Positions 55,079-64,000 of a stretch of 64,000 bases of DNA are shown piece by piece. Under the pieces are notes generated by a model. It was not told the origin of the DNA, did not search any database, and worked only from the letters and a program-made list of their open reading frames with translations. This DNA is from Clostridia bacterium. GTDB taxonomy: Bacteria > Bacillota > Clostridia > Oscillospirales > Acutalibacteraceae. Numbering within the stretch: position 1 is the stretch's first letter; every line of letters begins with the position of its first letter. The DNA is taken from NCBI GenBank assembly GCA_017630985.1, contig JAGBUC010000033.1, positions 3,505-67,504 of the forward strand. Reading direction: 5' to 3'. A program made the translations under genes and the position numbers.

Positions 55079-56217
55079 ACCTCCAGAGCATAAGAAAAGA
55101 AATTGATGCAATCGATACCGAGCTTGTTGCGCTTCTTAAAAAGAGAATGTCCTGCTCTTTGGAGGTTGCCGAAATTAAAAGGGAACAAAATCTCCCTGTG
55201 CTTCATCCTCAAAGAGAACAGGCTATAATAGATAAGGTGACAGAGGCGGGAGGAGAGTTCGGTAGCTATATTGCTTCGGTATACCGTGAGATTATGGGTG
55301 TAAGCCGTGAGGCTCAACAGGCCGAGCTTTCACCGTTTGGACCTCTTGCAAGTATGATAGTTAACGCTAAGGACGGCATAAAAGAAAATGTTGCCGTTGC
55401 CTGTCAGGGAATTGACGGCGCATTCGGCAGTATTGCAGCCAAAAGTCTGCACAGCACAGGAAACATAAAATTTTACACCACCTTTGAGGATGTTTTCAGG
55501 GCGGTGGAAAATGATGAGGCGGTTTATGGAGTTGTACCTGTTGAAAACTCGAATGCCGGCTCGGTAAGTGAGGTTTACGACCTCATTCTTAAATATAGAT
55601 ATTATATTGTGTCGGCGGCTAATCTTGCCGTTAACGAAAATTTGCTTGGTATAAAGGGTGCAACTCTAGAGGGCATAAAACAAGCATATTCTCACCCTCA
55701 AGCCCTTTCCCAGTCTGAAGAATTCCTAAAGGCAAACGGCATTGAGGCGGTGCCATACAGCAATACCGCAATGGCGGCAAAATTTGTGTCCGAAAAGGGT
55801 GACAAAACGATTGCTGCAGTCGGCTCGGAATTGTCGGCAGAGATTTATGGGCTTGACCTTATCGCACCGAATATCCAGACAATAAAAAACAACTCTACAA
55901 GATTTATTACAATTTCAAAACAGCTTATAATTCCAAATGATGCAAACAAAATAAGTGTTGTGTTTTCGGTTCCACACAGCGTCGGCGCATTAAACCGAGT
56001 TTTAAACCGCTTTTGTATGAACGGACTTAATCTTACCAAGATAGAATCGCGGGCTGCTAAAAACGGCGAGTTCGACTATCTTTTCTATCTTGATTTTTCG
56101 GGAAATCTAAATGACCGAAAGACGATAGCCTTAATGTCGTCTCTTGAAAATGAGTTACCCGACTTTACCTTCCTCGGAAACTATAAAGAAACAGTAATAG
56201 GTGATAAAAATGGCTAA
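55075..56217 (+). CDS. pheA: bifunctional chorismate mutase / prephenate dehydratase
   Basis: N-terminal CM_2 domain ([19 protein letters not shown]), PDT domain and C-terminal ACT domain (LTKIESR). Confidence 0.9.
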   Translation: MNLQSIRKEIDAIDTELVALLKKRMSCSLEVAEIKREQNLPVLHPQREQAIIDKVTEAGGEFGSYIASVYREIMGVSREAQQAELSPFGPLASMIVNAKDGIKENVAVACQGIDGAFGSIAAKSLHSTGNIKFYTTFEDVFRAVENDEAVYGVVPVENSNAGSVSEVYDLILKYRYYIVSAANLAVNENLLGIKGATLEGIKQAYSHPQALSQSEEFLKANGIEAVPYSNTAMAAKFVSEKGDKTIAAVGSELSAEIYGLDLIAPNIQTIKNNSTRFITISKQLIIPNDANKISVVFSVPHSVGALNRVLNRFCMNGLNLTKIESRAAKNGEFDYLFYLDFSGNLNDRKTIALMSSLENELPDFTFLGNYKETVIGDKNG

Positions 56218-57643
56218 AGAAAAACTTGTAAAAGAAATAACCTCAATGGACGAGGATTTTGCCAAGTGGTATACAGATGTTGTGCTGAAGGCGGAACTTA
56301 TTGACTATGCCTCTGTTAAAGGCTGTATGATAATCCGTCCTTACGGATGGGCTATTTGGGAGAACATCCAGAAAATTTTGGACGCAATGTTTAAGGAAAC
56401 AGGTCACGAAAATGTTTCGATGCCTATGTTCATTCCCGAAAGTCTTCTCCAAAAGGAAAAGGACCACGTCGAAGGTTTTGCCCCCGAGGTTGCCTGGGTT
56501 ACCCACGGCGGTGCAGAAAAGCTTGAAGAAAAGCTCTGTGTTCGCCCAACCTCCGAAACCCTTTTCTGTGACCACTATAAGAATATAATTCATTCTTGGA
56601 GAGACCTGCCCAAGCTTTATAACCAGTGGTGCAGCGTTGTTCGTTGGGAGAAGACTACCCGTCCGTTCCTGCGTTCGCGTGAATTTCATTGGCAGGAGGG
56701 GCATACTATTCATGCTACTGCAGAAGAAGCACAGGTAGAAACAATTGGGATGTTAAACGTTTATGCAGAATTTGCAGAAAAATATCTTGCAATGCCTGTT
56801 ATCAAGGGTGTAAAAACCGAGAAAGAACGTTTTGCAGGCGCTGTTGATACCTACACCATCGAGGCTATGATGCACGACGGCAAGGCTTTACAGTCAGGAA
56901 CCTCTCATTTCTTCGGTGACGGCTTTGCAAAGGCGTTCGGAATTCAGTTTACCGACAAGGACAACAAACAGGCAACACCTTTCCAGACCTCTTGGGGTGT
57001 TTCAACCCGATTAATCGGCGCAATCATTATGACCCACGGCGACGATAACGGACTTGTTCTTCCCCCTGCTGTTGCTCCTGTTCAGCTTGTTGTAATTCCG
57101 ATTGCATCTCATAAAGAGGGTGTAACAGAAAAGGCAACCGAAGTATACGAAAGACTTAAAAAGGTTTGCCGAGCAAAAATTGATAACAGCGACAACAGTC
57201 CGGGTTGGAAATTTGCCGAGTATGAGATGAAGGGCGTACCGCTACGTCTGGAACTCGGACCTCGCGATATTGAAAACAACCAGTGCGTTCTCGTTCGCAG
57301 AGATAACGGCGAAAAGACGGTTGTTTCTCTTGATGAGCTTGAAGCTAAGGTTCCCGAAATGCTTGAGGCGGTTCGCGACGGACTTTATAACAAGGCACTT
57401 GCCAACAGAAGCGAGAAAACCTATGTAGCAACATCAATGGAAGAAATGATAGATGTTGCCGACAACAAGCCCGGATTTATCAAAGCTATGTGGTGTGAAG
57501 ACAGAGCCTGCGAGGAAGCCTTAAAGGAAAAGGCAGGGGTTTCATCTCGCTGTATGCCTTTCGAGCAGGAACAGCTTTCCGATAAGTGTATCTGCTGCGG
57601 CAAACCCGCCAAGAAGATGGTATATTGGGGTAAGGCATATTAA
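56210..57643 (+). CDS. proS: proline--tRNA ligase, archaeal/eukaryote-like (short) type
   Basis: ~478 aa with class II motifs, a C-terminal CICCGKP zinc-binding domain and a terminal Tyr. ATG at 56210 follows GGTGA and overlaps the pheA 3' end by 8 nt. Confidence 0.9.
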   Translation: MAKEKLVKEITSMDEDFAKWYTDVVLKAELIDYASVKGCMIIRPYGWAIWENIQKILDAMFKETGHENVSMPMFIPESLLQKEKDHVEGFAPEVAWVTHGGAEKLEEKLCVRPTSETLFCDHYKNIIHSWRDLPKLYNQWCSVVRWEKTTRPFLRSREFHWQEGHTIHATAEEAQVETIGMLNVYAEFAEKYLAMPVIKGVKTEKERFAGAVDTYTIEAMMHDGKALQSGTSHFFGDGFAKAFGIQFTDKDNKQATPFQTSWGVSTRLIGAIIMTHGDDNGLVLPPAVAPVQLVVIPIASHKEGVTEKATEVYERLKKVCRAKIDNSDNSPGWKFAEYEMKGVPLRLELGPRDIENNQCVLVRRDNGEKTVVSLDELEAKVPEMLEAVRDGLYNKALANRSEKTYVATSMEEMIDVADNKPGFIKAMWCEDRACEEALKEKAGVSSRCMPFEQEQLSDKCICCGKPAKKMVYWGKAY

Positions 57644-57678
57644 ACTGTTGCCAATACACATATTATATAATATATAAT

Positions 57679-57732
57679 CGTCGTCAAAATCTTGTGTGTC
57701 AAAATGGTACAATACACAAGATTTTGATGACG
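57679..57732 (+). repeat. 19-bp inverted repeat (one G-T wobble) with a 16-nt loop, just downstream of proS
   Basis: CGTCGTCAAAATCTTGTGT (57679-57697) pairs with ACACAAGATTTTGATGACG (57714-57732). Confidence 0.6.
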
Positions 57733-57761
57733 CAAAAAAAGTTAAAAAATTTTTAAAAAAA

Positions 57762-57788
57762 CACTTGCATTGCAGGTGTTTTTGTGTT
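57762..57788 (+). terminator. rho-independent terminator ending the aro-proS unit
   Basis: CACTTGC-ATT-GCAGGTG followed by TTTTTGTGTT, with an A-run upstream. Confidence 0.75.
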
Positions 57789-57829
57789 ATTATACCAAGG
57801 TACGCTATGCAAAATAGCGTTGATATGCG

Positions 57830-58060
57830 TTGATGCGGGAGGTGGCCGACCTTCGAGTCGGGAAATTTCCGCGGAGTATGTCCGATTTTAAACCGGGCGA
57901 AGTAGAACTTAAATCTGGCCGTGCGGCAACTTGCGATGCCGTGCCGCCGCGACGGCGCCTTTGCGCTGTCTGCCCCGGAATGACTGCAACCCCAGCCATC
58001 CGGTTTTATAATGTGCCGAGAAGAAACGCTTGGCAAGGTGTAAGTTTTGCCCGCAAATCC
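57830..58060 (+). promoter_or_regulatory. GC-rich, structured candidate leader RNA upstream of rpsJ (S10 operon)
   Basis: ~230 nt that is much more GC-rich than other spacers in the window. The ends pair (TGCGGG 57834-57839 with CCCGCA 58050-58055). Several internal hairpins are listed in the finding. None of the overlapping ORFs looks like a real coding sequence. Confidence 0.4.
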
Positions 58061-58079
58061 AACAAGGAGGAGCACTCAA

Positions 58080-58391
58080 ATGGCAGTAAAAGAGAAAATC
58101 AGAATTCGTGTTAAGGGCTACGACCATGCGCTTGTTGACCAGGCTGCAGAAAAAATCGTAGAAACCGCAAAGCGCACTGGCGCTCGCGTTTCGGGCCCCG
58201 TTCCGCTACCTACCGAGAAGGAAGTTGTTACAATCCTTCGCGCTGTACACAAGTACAAGGATAGCCGTGAGCAGTTCGAAACCAGAACACACAAAAGGCT
58301 TATCGACGTGTTAAGACCTTCCAACAAAACTGTTGAAGCATTAACAAGTCTCGAGCTTCCCGCCGGCGTAGATATCGAAATTAAGCTTTAA
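58080..58391 (+). CDS. rpsJ: 30S ribosomal protein S10
   Basis: [16 protein letters not shown]... is a canonical S10 sequence. AAGGAGG precedes the ATG at 58080. Confidence 0.97.
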   Translation: MAVKEKIRIRVKGYDHALVDQAAEKIVETAKRTGARVSGPVPLPTEKEVVTILRAVHKYKDSREQFETRTHKRLIDVLRPSNKTVEALTSLELPAGVDIEIKL

Positions 58392-58455
58392 TTCGAGGTC
58401 TTGGAAGGCAGGTCATGTTGGGGAAACCCAACCAATAACCAAGGAGGAAATAAAA

Positions 58456-59085
58456 ATGCAAAAAGGTTTAATCGGAAAGAAGCTTGGCATGACCCAGCTT
58501 TTTGACGCAAACGGTAACGTTGTTCCCGTAACTGTTATTGAAGCAGGCCCCTGTGTCGTTGCTCAAAAGAAAACAGTAGAAAACGACGGATACGATGCAG
58601 TTCAGGTTGGCTATGGCGACCTTAAGGCATCAAAAGTAAACGGCCCTATGAAGGGACACTTCGCAAAGAACGATGTTGCTCCTAAGAAGGTTCTCCGTGA
58701 GTTCCGCCTCGATGACTGCTCTGCAGTTAATGTAGGTGACGTGCTCAAGGCTGACATCTTTGCAGAAGGCGACAGCGTAGATGTACGCGGAACTTCAAAA
58801 GGTAAAGGCTATGCCGGCGTAATTAAGCGTTGGAACTTCAGCCGCCTTAAAGAGTCTCACGGTACCGGCCCTGTTCACCGTCACGGCGGTTCGCTTGGCG
58901 TTATCGACCCGGCTCGCGTATTTAAGGGAAAGAAAATGGCAGGACACCTCGGTAACGAACGTGTTACTGTTCAAAATCTTAAAGTTGTTAAAATTGACGC
59001 AGAAAACAACATAATCGCTGTTAAGGGTGCCGTTCCCGGTCCCAAGGGCGGAATCGTTGTTCTTTTCGACAGCGTTAAGGCTTAA
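58456..59085 (+). CDS. rplC: 50S ribosomal protein L3
   Basis: [13 protein letters not shown]... L3 signature. Confidence 0.97.
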   Translation: MQKGLIGKKLGMTQLFDANGNVVPVTVIEAGPCVVAQKKTVENDGYDAVQVGYGDLKASKVNGPMKGHFAKNDVAPKKVLREFRLDDCSAVNVGDVLKADIFAEGDSVDVRGTSKGKGYAGVIKRWNFSRLKESHGTGPVHRHGGSLGVIDPARVFKGKKMAGHLGNERVTVQNLKVVKIDAENNIIAVKGAVPGPKGGIVVLFDSVKA

Positions 59086-59103
59086 AGGAAGGAGTGCTTT
59101 TAA

Positions 59104-59727
59104 ATGGCTAAATTAGCAGTAGTTGATATGGCAGGCAAAAATGTTGGCGAAATCACATTAAGCGATGCCGTATTCGGAATAGAGCCAAATGCAGTAGTTA
59201 TGCATGAGGCTGTAGTAAATTACCTTGCAAATCAGCGTCAGGGCACCCAGTCCACCTTAACCCGTACCGAAGTTTCCGGCGGCGGTAAAAAGCCTTGGAG
59301 ACAGAAGGGTACCGGTCACGCTCGTCAAGGTTCTACAAGAGCTCCCCAGTGGAGACACGGCGGTATCGTTCATGCACCGAAGCCGCGCGATTACTCTTAT
59401 GTAATCAATAAGAAGGAAAGAAGACTTGCTCTTAAGTCTGCTCTCTCTGATAAAGTACTAACCGGTTCTCTTATCGTTCTTGATGCTTTAAATGTTGATT
59501 CTTACAGCACAAAGACTGTAGCTGAATGCCTTAAGGCAATCGGCGCAGCAAAGAAGACCCTTATCGTTCTTGAAAACAACGATAGCTTCGCTGTAAAGAG
59601 TGCTGCAAATATCGAAGGCGTTAAAACCGCACAGTACAACACTATCAACACCTACGACATTATGAATGCTGATTCTCTTGTAATCGTTAAGAATGCCGTA
59701 GCAAAAATCGAGGAGGTATACGCATAA
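59104..59727 (+). CDS. rplD: 50S ribosomal protein L4
   Basis: ...KKPWRQKGTGHARQGS... L4 signature. Confidence 0.97.
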   Translation: MAKLAVVDMAGKNVGEITLSDAVFGIEPNAVVMHEAVVNYLANQRQGTQSTLTRTEVSGGGKKPWRQKGTGHARQGSTRAPQWRHGGIVHAPKPRDYSYVINKKERRLALKSALSDKVLTGSLIVLDALNVDSYSTKTVAECLKAIGAAKKTLIVLENNDSFAVKSAANIEGVKTAQYNTINTYDIMNADSLVIVKNAVAKIEEVYA

Positions 59728-60020
59728 TGACAGCACAGGATATCATTATCGCTCCGGTTATCACCGAAAAGAGCATGTCGGGAATTGCTGACAAGAAGTA
59801 CACCTTCAAGGTTGCAAAGAATGCCGGCAAGGTAGAAATTGCAAAGGCAATCGAAACCGTTTTCAGCGGTGTTAAGGTTGAAAAGGTTAACACAATTAAT
59901 GTTCGCGGACAGGAAAGAAGACGCGGACGCTTCACCGGCTACACTGCAAGCTGGAAAAAGGCTATCGTAACACTTAAGAAAGATTCGAAGCCGATAGAGT
60001 TCTTTGACGGATTAATCTAG
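59727..60020 (+). CDS. rplW: 50S ribosomal protein L23
   Basis: DIIIAPVITEKS... L23 signature. Confidence 0.95.
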   Translation: MTAQDIIIAPVITEKSMSGIADKKYTFKVAKNAGKVEIAKAIETVFSGVKVEKVNTINVRGQERRRGRFTGYTASWKKAIVTLKKDSKPIEFFDGLI

Positions 60021-60116
60021 TCAAGCGACGAAACCCTAATGGAAACATAAAGTTTCCGGTGATGTATGAAGCCGAAAGAGGCTTCGCTAAGCCTAATAAC
60101 AGGAGAGTGAAATAAA

Positions 60117-60947
60117 ATGGCAATTAAACATTATAAGCCGACTACTCCGGGCCGCCGTAATATGACAACTATGGATTATTCCGAGTTATCAAAGGTAGCT
60201 CCCGAGAGAAGCCTGCTCGAGCCTATTAAGAAAAATGCCGGACGCAACAGCTACGGCAGAATCACCGTTCGTCATCGTGGCGGCGGAAACCGCAGAAAGT
60301 ACAGAGTAATCGATTTCAAGAGAACAAAGTTCGCAGTTCCTGCAACCGTTCTTACCCTCGAGTACGACCCGAACCGTTCTGCGTTCATCGCACTTATTCA
60401 GTATGAAGACGGAGTTAAGAGCTATATCATCGCTCCCGTCGGACTTAAGGTAGGAGATACAGTTGTAAGCGGACCTGATGCTGATATCAAGCCCGGTAAC
60501 GCTCTTCCCCTCACCCATATGCCCGTTGGTACCGTTGTTCATAACGTAGAGCTTTATCCCGGAAAGGGCGCACAGCTTGCCCGTTCTGCAGGAAATATGG
60601 CACAGCTTATGGCTAAAGAAAACGGAATGGCACTTCTTCGTCTCCCATCAGGTGAGCTTAGAAACGTTCCCGAGAAATGTATGGCAACCGTAGGTCAGGT
60701 ATCTAATCCTGAGCATGCAAACATCAACTACGGTAAAGCTGGACGTAAGCGTCACATGGGATGGCGTCCCACTGTTCGCGGTTCTGTAATGAACCCCTGC
60801 GACCATCCCCACGGTGGTGGTGAGGGTAAATCCCCCATCGGTCGTCCCGGACCTGTTACCCCTTGGGGTAAACCGGCTCTCGGCTACAAGACCAGAGATA
60901 AGCATAAGCGCTCAGATAAATATATCGTAAAGCGCCGCACTAAATAG
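60117..60947 (+). CDS. rplB: 50S ribosomal protein L2
   Basis: [14 protein letters not shown]...[10 protein letters not shown]2 signature. Confidence 0.97.
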   Translation: MAIKHYKPTTPGRRNMTTMDYSELSKVAPERSLLEPIKKNAGRNSYGRITVRHRGGGNRRKYRVIDFKRTKFAVPATVLTLEYDPNRSAFIALIQYEDGVKSYIIAPVGLKVGDTVVSGPDADIKPGNALPLTHMPVGTVVHNVELYPGKGAQLARSAGNMAQLMAKENGMALLRLPSGELRNVPEKCMATVGQVSNPEHANINYGKAGRKRHMGWRPTVRGSVMNPCDHPHGGGEGKSPIGRPGPVTPWGKPALGYKTRDKHKRSDKYIVKRRTK

Positions 60948-60970
60948 TCAGGCGAAAGGAGATAAAATTC

Positions 60971-61246
60971 ATGGGAAGAAGCATTAAAAAAGGACCTTAC
61001 GTGTTACCTTCACTTCTTAAAAAGGTCAAAGAAATGAATGCTGCCGGCGAGAAGAGAGTTCTTCAGACCTGGAGCCGTTCATCTACCATATTCCCCGATT
61101 TCGTCGGACACACCTTTGCCGTTCATGACGGACGCAAGCATGTTCCGGTATATGTTACTGAGGATATGGTTGGACACAAGCTTGGCGAGTTTGCTCCCAC
61201 AAGAACCTTCAAGGGACACGCCGGCTCCAAAACAACTAAGAAATAA
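60971..61246 (+). CDS. rpsS: 30S ribosomal protein S19
   Basis: [10 protein letters not shown]...[11 protein letters not shown]19 signature. Confidence 0.97.
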   Translation: MGRSIKKGPYVLPSLLKKVKEMNAAGEKRVLQTWSRSSTIFPDFVGHTFAVHDGRKHVPVYVTEDMVGHKLGEFAPTRTFKGHAGSKTTKK

Positions 61247-61267
61247 GCAGCGAAAGGAGTTTGAACC

Positions 61268-61606
61268 ATGGAAGCAAGAGCTACATTAAAGTTTCTTCGC
61301 ATCTCTCCCCGTAAGGTTAAGATTGTTCTTGACCTTATCCGCGGCGTAGATGCAGCAAAAGCAATGGCTATTCTTAAGTTCACACCCAAAGCTGCGTGTG
61401 AACCTATTGAAAAGCTTTTAGCATCTGCTATGGCAAATGCTGAAAACAATCACAATATGGATGTATCTAAGCTTTATGTTGCAGAGTGCTTTGTCTGCCC
61501 CGGACCAATCCTTAAGAGAATTCGTCCTAAGGACCACGGCCGTGCACACCGCATCTTAAAGAGAACAAGCCATATTACCCTCGTTCTTAAAGAACGTGAA
61601 GACTAA
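61268..61606 (+). CDS. rplV: 50S ribosomal protein L22
   Basis: [18 protein letters not shown]22 signature. Confidence 0.95.
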   Translation: MEARATLKFLRISPRKVKIVLDLIRGVDAAKAMAILKFTPKAACEPIEKLLASAMANAENNHNMDVSKLYVAECFVCPGPILKRIRPKDHGRAHRILKRTSHITLVLKERED

Positions 61607-61623
61607 AACAGGAGGTTAAAGTT

Positions 61624-62289
61624 ATGGGCCAGAAAGTAAATCCCCATGGATACCGTGTCGGTGTCATTAAAAACTGGGACTCTCGTTGGTTTGTCAAAGA
61701 CGAAGTTTTCGGAGATACTTTGGTTGAGGACTACAACCTCCGTAAGTACCTTAAAAAGCGTATTGGCACCGCTGGTGTTCCTAAGATTGAAATTGAGCGT
61801 ACCGCTCAGCGCGTACGTCTGCACATTCACTGTGCAAAGCCCGGTGTTGTAATCGGTGCAAAGGGCTCTGAAATCGAGAAGCTTCGTGCTGACGTTCAGA
61901 AGATGCTCGGCAAACCCGTTGTTATCAACATCGTTGAAATCAAAAACCCAGACCTCGATGCTACTCTTATCGCAGAGAACATCGCTGCACAGCTTGAAAA
62001 GCGTGTTGCTTTCCGTCGTGCTATGAAGCTTTGCATCGGCAGAGCTATGAAGTTCGGCGCAAAGGGTATCAAGGTTAAGTGCTCAGGCCGTCTTGCCGGA
62101 GCTGAAATTGCAAGAAGTGAAACCTACCACGAGGGAACCATTCCGCTTCAGACTATCCGTGCCGATATTGACTACGGCTTTGCTGAGGCAGATACCACCT
62201 ACGGCCGAATCGGCGTTAAGGTATGGCTCTACAAGGGCGAGGTTCTTCACGACAATCGTAAGGCTAAGAGAGAAGGAGGAGCTCGCTAA
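61624..62289 (+). CDS. rpsC: 30S ribosomal protein S3
   Basis: [14 protein letters not shown]... S3 signature. Confidence 0.97.
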   Translation: MGQKVNPHGYRVGVIKNWDSRWFVKDEVFGDTLVEDYNLRKYLKKRIGTAGVPKIEIERTAQRVRLHIHCAKPGVVIGAKGSEIEKLRADVQKMLGKPVVINIVEIKNPDLDATLIAENIAAQLEKRVAFRRAMKLCIGRAMKFGAKGIKVKCSGRLAGAEIARSETYHEGTIPLQTIRADIDYGFAEADTTYGRIGVKVWLYKGEVLHDNRKAKREGGAR

Positions 62290-62714
62290 TGTTATTACCA
62301 AAGCGTGTTAAATACCGCCGTGTTCAGCGTGGCCGTCTTACCGGTGCTGCAACCCGCGGAAACACCGTTAGCTACGGTGAGTTCGGTCTTCAGGCTCTCG
62401 AGCCTGCATGGATAACATCCAATCAAATCGAGGCTGCCCGTATTGCTATGACACGTTATATCAAGCGTGGCGGTAAGGTTTGGATTAAAATATTCCCCGA
62501 TAAGCCGATTACTGCAAAGCCAGCTGAAACCCGAATGGGTTCCGGTAAAGGTTCACCTGAATATTGGGTTGCAGTTGTTAAGCCCGGCCGCGTAATGTTC
62601 GAAATCGGCGGAGTAAGCGAAGAGCTTGCAAAGGAAGCTATGCGTCTTGCTGCTAATAAGCTTCCCATTAAGTGCAAGTTCATTACTAAAGAAGAAAAGG
62701 GTGGTGAGCAGTAA
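62289..62714 (+). CDS. rplP: 50S ribosomal protein L16
   Basis: [16 protein letters not shown]... L16 signature. Confidence 0.97.
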   Translation: MLLPKRVKYRRVQRGRLTGAATRGNTVSYGEFGLQALEPAWITSNQIEAARIAMTRYIKRGGKVWIKIFPDKPITAKPAETRMGSGKGSPEYWVAVVKPGRVMFEIGGVSEELAKEAMRLAANKLPIKCKFITKEEKGGEQ

Positions 62715-62920
62715 TGAATGCTAAAGAAATCAGACAGAACACTTTACCCGAACTCCAAAAGAAGCTGGCTGAGCTTAAGGAAGAACTTTTTAATCTTCGT
62801 TTCCAGCACACCATTAACCAGCTCGACAACCCGATGCGCCTTGTTGCTGTCAAGAAGGACATAGCCCGCGTTCAAACAGTTATCCGCGAGCTCCAGTCTA
62901 ACGACGGCGCACAGCTTTAA
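62714..62920 (+). CDS. rpmC: 50S ribosomal protein L29
   Basis: [12 protein letters not shown]29 signature. Confidence 0.95.
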   Translation: MNAKEIRQNTLPELQKKLAELKEELFNLRFQHTINQLDNPMRLVAVKKDIARVQTVIRELQSNDGAQL

Positions 62921-62938
62921 GGATGGAGGTAAAGCCAG

Positions 62939-63193
62939 ATGGAAAGAAACCTTCGTAAAACAAGAGTAGGTGTAGTTGTAAGCGACAAAATGGACAAGAC
63001 CGTTGTAGTTGCTATTAAAGACAATGTTAAGCACCCCCTCTACAAGAAGATTGTTAAAAACACCGTAAAATTCAAAGCACACGATGAGAATAACGCCTGT
63101 GGTGTTGGCGACCGCGTTCTCATTATGGAAACAAGACCCATCTCCAAGGATAAGAATTGGCGTGTGGTTGAAATTATCGAGAAGGCTAAATAG
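62939..63193 (+). CDS. rpsQ: 30S ribosomal protein S17
   Basis: [20 protein letters not shown]17 signature. Confidence 0.95.
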   Translation: MERNLRKTRVGVVVSDKMDKTVVVAIKDNVKHPLYKKIVKNTVKFKAHDENNACGVGDRVLIMETRPISKDKNWRVVEIIEKAK

Positions 63194-63217
63194 TCTTTTG
63201 ACAAGGAGGAAAACACT

Positions 63218-63586
63218 GTGATACAGCAGCAGAGTTACCTCAAGGTAGCCGACAACACCGGCGCTAAAGAAATTATGTGCATCAAGGTGTTAGGCGGCTC
63301 CGGCAGGAGGTATGCCAATATTGGCGATGTTATCGTTGCTTCTGTTAAGAAGGCTGCTCCCGGCGGCACTGTTAAGAAGGGCGATGTAGTTAAGGCAGTT
63401 GTGGTTCGTTCTGTAAGAGGCCTTCGTCGTAATGATGGCACTTATATCAGATTTGACGAGAACGCAGCAGTCATCATCCGTGATGATAAAAACCCGAGAG
63501 GAACCCGTATTTTTGGACCAGTTGCTCGTGAACTTCGCGACAATGACTATATGAAGATACTTTCTCTCGCTCCAGAAGTACTTTAA
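63218..63586 (+). CDS. rplN: 50S ribosomal protein L14 (GTG start)
   Basis: [18 protein letters not shown]14 signature. AAGGAGGA precedes the GTG. Confidence 0.97.
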   Translation: MIQQQSYLKVADNTGAKEIMCIKVLGGSGRRYANIGDVIVASVKKAAPGGTVKKGDVVKAVVVRSVRGLRRNDGTYIRFDENAAVIIRDDKNPRGTRIFGPVARELRDNDYMKILSLAPEVL

Positions 63587-63600
63587 GGAGGTAAGAAGTT

Positions 63601-63924
63601 ATGAACAATTTATTTGTTAAAGCCGGCGATACCGTCGTTCTTCTTACCGGTGACGACAAGTACCGTGGAAAGAAGGGCAAGGTTTTAGCCGTTAGCCCTA
63701 AGGAAGGCAAGGTTATTGTTGAGGGAATAAACGTTGTTAAGAAGCATGTTAAGCCCCGCAAGGCCGGCGACCCTTCCGGAATTATTGAAACCGAAAGCGC
63801 AGTATACGCTTCTAAGGTTCAGGTTGTATGCCCCAAATGTAATAAACCCACCCGCGTTGCCCACAAGGTATTCGAGGATGGAAGCAAAGAGCGCATTTGT
63901 AAAAAATGCGGCGAAGTACTTTAA
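63601..63924 (+). CDS. rplX: 50S ribosomal protein L24 (variant with CxxC...CxxC)
   Basis: KOW motif (GDTVVLLTGDDKYRGKKGKVL). The C-terminal part carries CPKC and CKKC. Confidence 0.95.
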   Translation: MNNLFVKAGDTVVLLTGDDKYRGKKGKVLAVSPKEGKVIVEGINVVKKHVKPRKAGDPSGIIETESAVYASKVQVVCPKCNKPTRVAHKVFEDGSKERICKKCGEVL

Positions 63925-63942
63925 GAGTAGGAGGAATATCAC

Positions 63943-64000
63943 ATGGCAAGATTACATGATGAATACAAAAAGTCTGTTGCTCCGGCCCTTATGACCAAGT
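63943..64000 (+). CDS. rplE: 50S ribosomal protein L5, 5' end only (continues past the window)
   Basis: MARLHDEYKKSVAPALMTK follows AGGAGGA. Position after rplX matches the conserved operon order. Confidence 0.9.
   Translation, partial: MARLHDEYKKSVAPALMTK

Noticed and set aside
56100-56215. A T-box or other riboswitch upstream of proS, and a c-di-AMP (ydaO-type) riboswitch upstream of trkA (40004-40196).
   Set aside because: proS overlaps the pheA 3' end, so there is no leader at all. The trkA upstream region is AT-rich, with only promoter-like hexamers and no conserved riboswitch core sequences.
57542-58127. ORFs overlapping the rpsJ leader: 57830-58114 (+), 57542-58075 (-), 57805-57999 (-) and 57909-58127 (-).
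   Set aside because: They are Arg/Pro/Ala/Cys-rich translations of GC-rich structured sequence, with no SD. One runs into rpsJ out of frame. I interpret the region as RNA structure rather than coding sequence.
1-64000. Mobile elements, prophage or defense islands, CRISPR arrays and rRNA genes.
   Set aside because: Apart from the 37-nt tRNA 5'-half duplicate, I found no integrase, transposase, recombinase, Cas or restriction-like ORF, no spaced direct-repeat array, and no terminal inverted repeats flanking a gene block.

Overview
The window looks like a core chromosomal segment of a Firmicutes/Clostridia-type genome; this is inferred from gene content and order, AGGAGG-type ribosome-binding sites and AT-rich spacers. 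I see no rRNA, CRISPR array, transposase, integrase or prophage gene. Gene content, in order: ribF 3' end; an M23 peptidase; an ABC exporter-pepF-aroK unit; metG-tatD; an O-antigen-ligase-like gene; a large degenerate P-type-ATPase homolog; rlmB; an interrupted enolase; murD with two M42 peptidases, a GNAT-like gene and a YnbB-like PLP enzyme; rsmA and an AraC regulator; gdhA; kdgK; livJHMGF; a COG2984-type ABC importer; patatin, a Cys-rich mini-protein and a PLP decarboxylase; glyA; rarA; a pspC-domain gene; trkAH; small accessory genes; one tRNA-Pro(UGG); ogt; a dac-like gene, a metallophosphoesterase and a PASTA kinase-like gene; acpP; aroE-aroK-aroB-aroA-aroC-pheA-proS; and the S10 ribosomal-protein operon from rpsJ to the start of rplE. 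I did not find a classic multi-gene accessory island. The signals most worth a second look fall into four groups. (1) Three homologs whose catalytic motifs are lost: a P1B-ATPase-like membrane protein, a PBP5/DacA-like protein, and a zinc-ribbon/Hanks-kinase-like/PASTA protein. The last two flank a metallophosphoesterase. (2) An unusual tRNA-Pro locus: a consensus promoter, a 37-nt exact copy of the tRNA 5' half, a 166-nt GC-rich spacer, then an intact tRNA with an atypical T-loop. (3) Two GC-rich structured intergenic RNA candidates: a 6S-like long hairpin at 24.9-25.1 kb and a ~230-nt leader in front of rpsJ. (4) A 51-aa Asn/Gln-rich micro-ORF absent from the ORF track. In addition, two housekeeping genes are interrupted (enolase by an in-frame TAA, acpP by a 1-nt frameshift), and one membrane protein has a long open N-terminal extension with no canonical start codon. 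All family calls rest on motif recognition by eye. No database search or RNA-folding computation was run.
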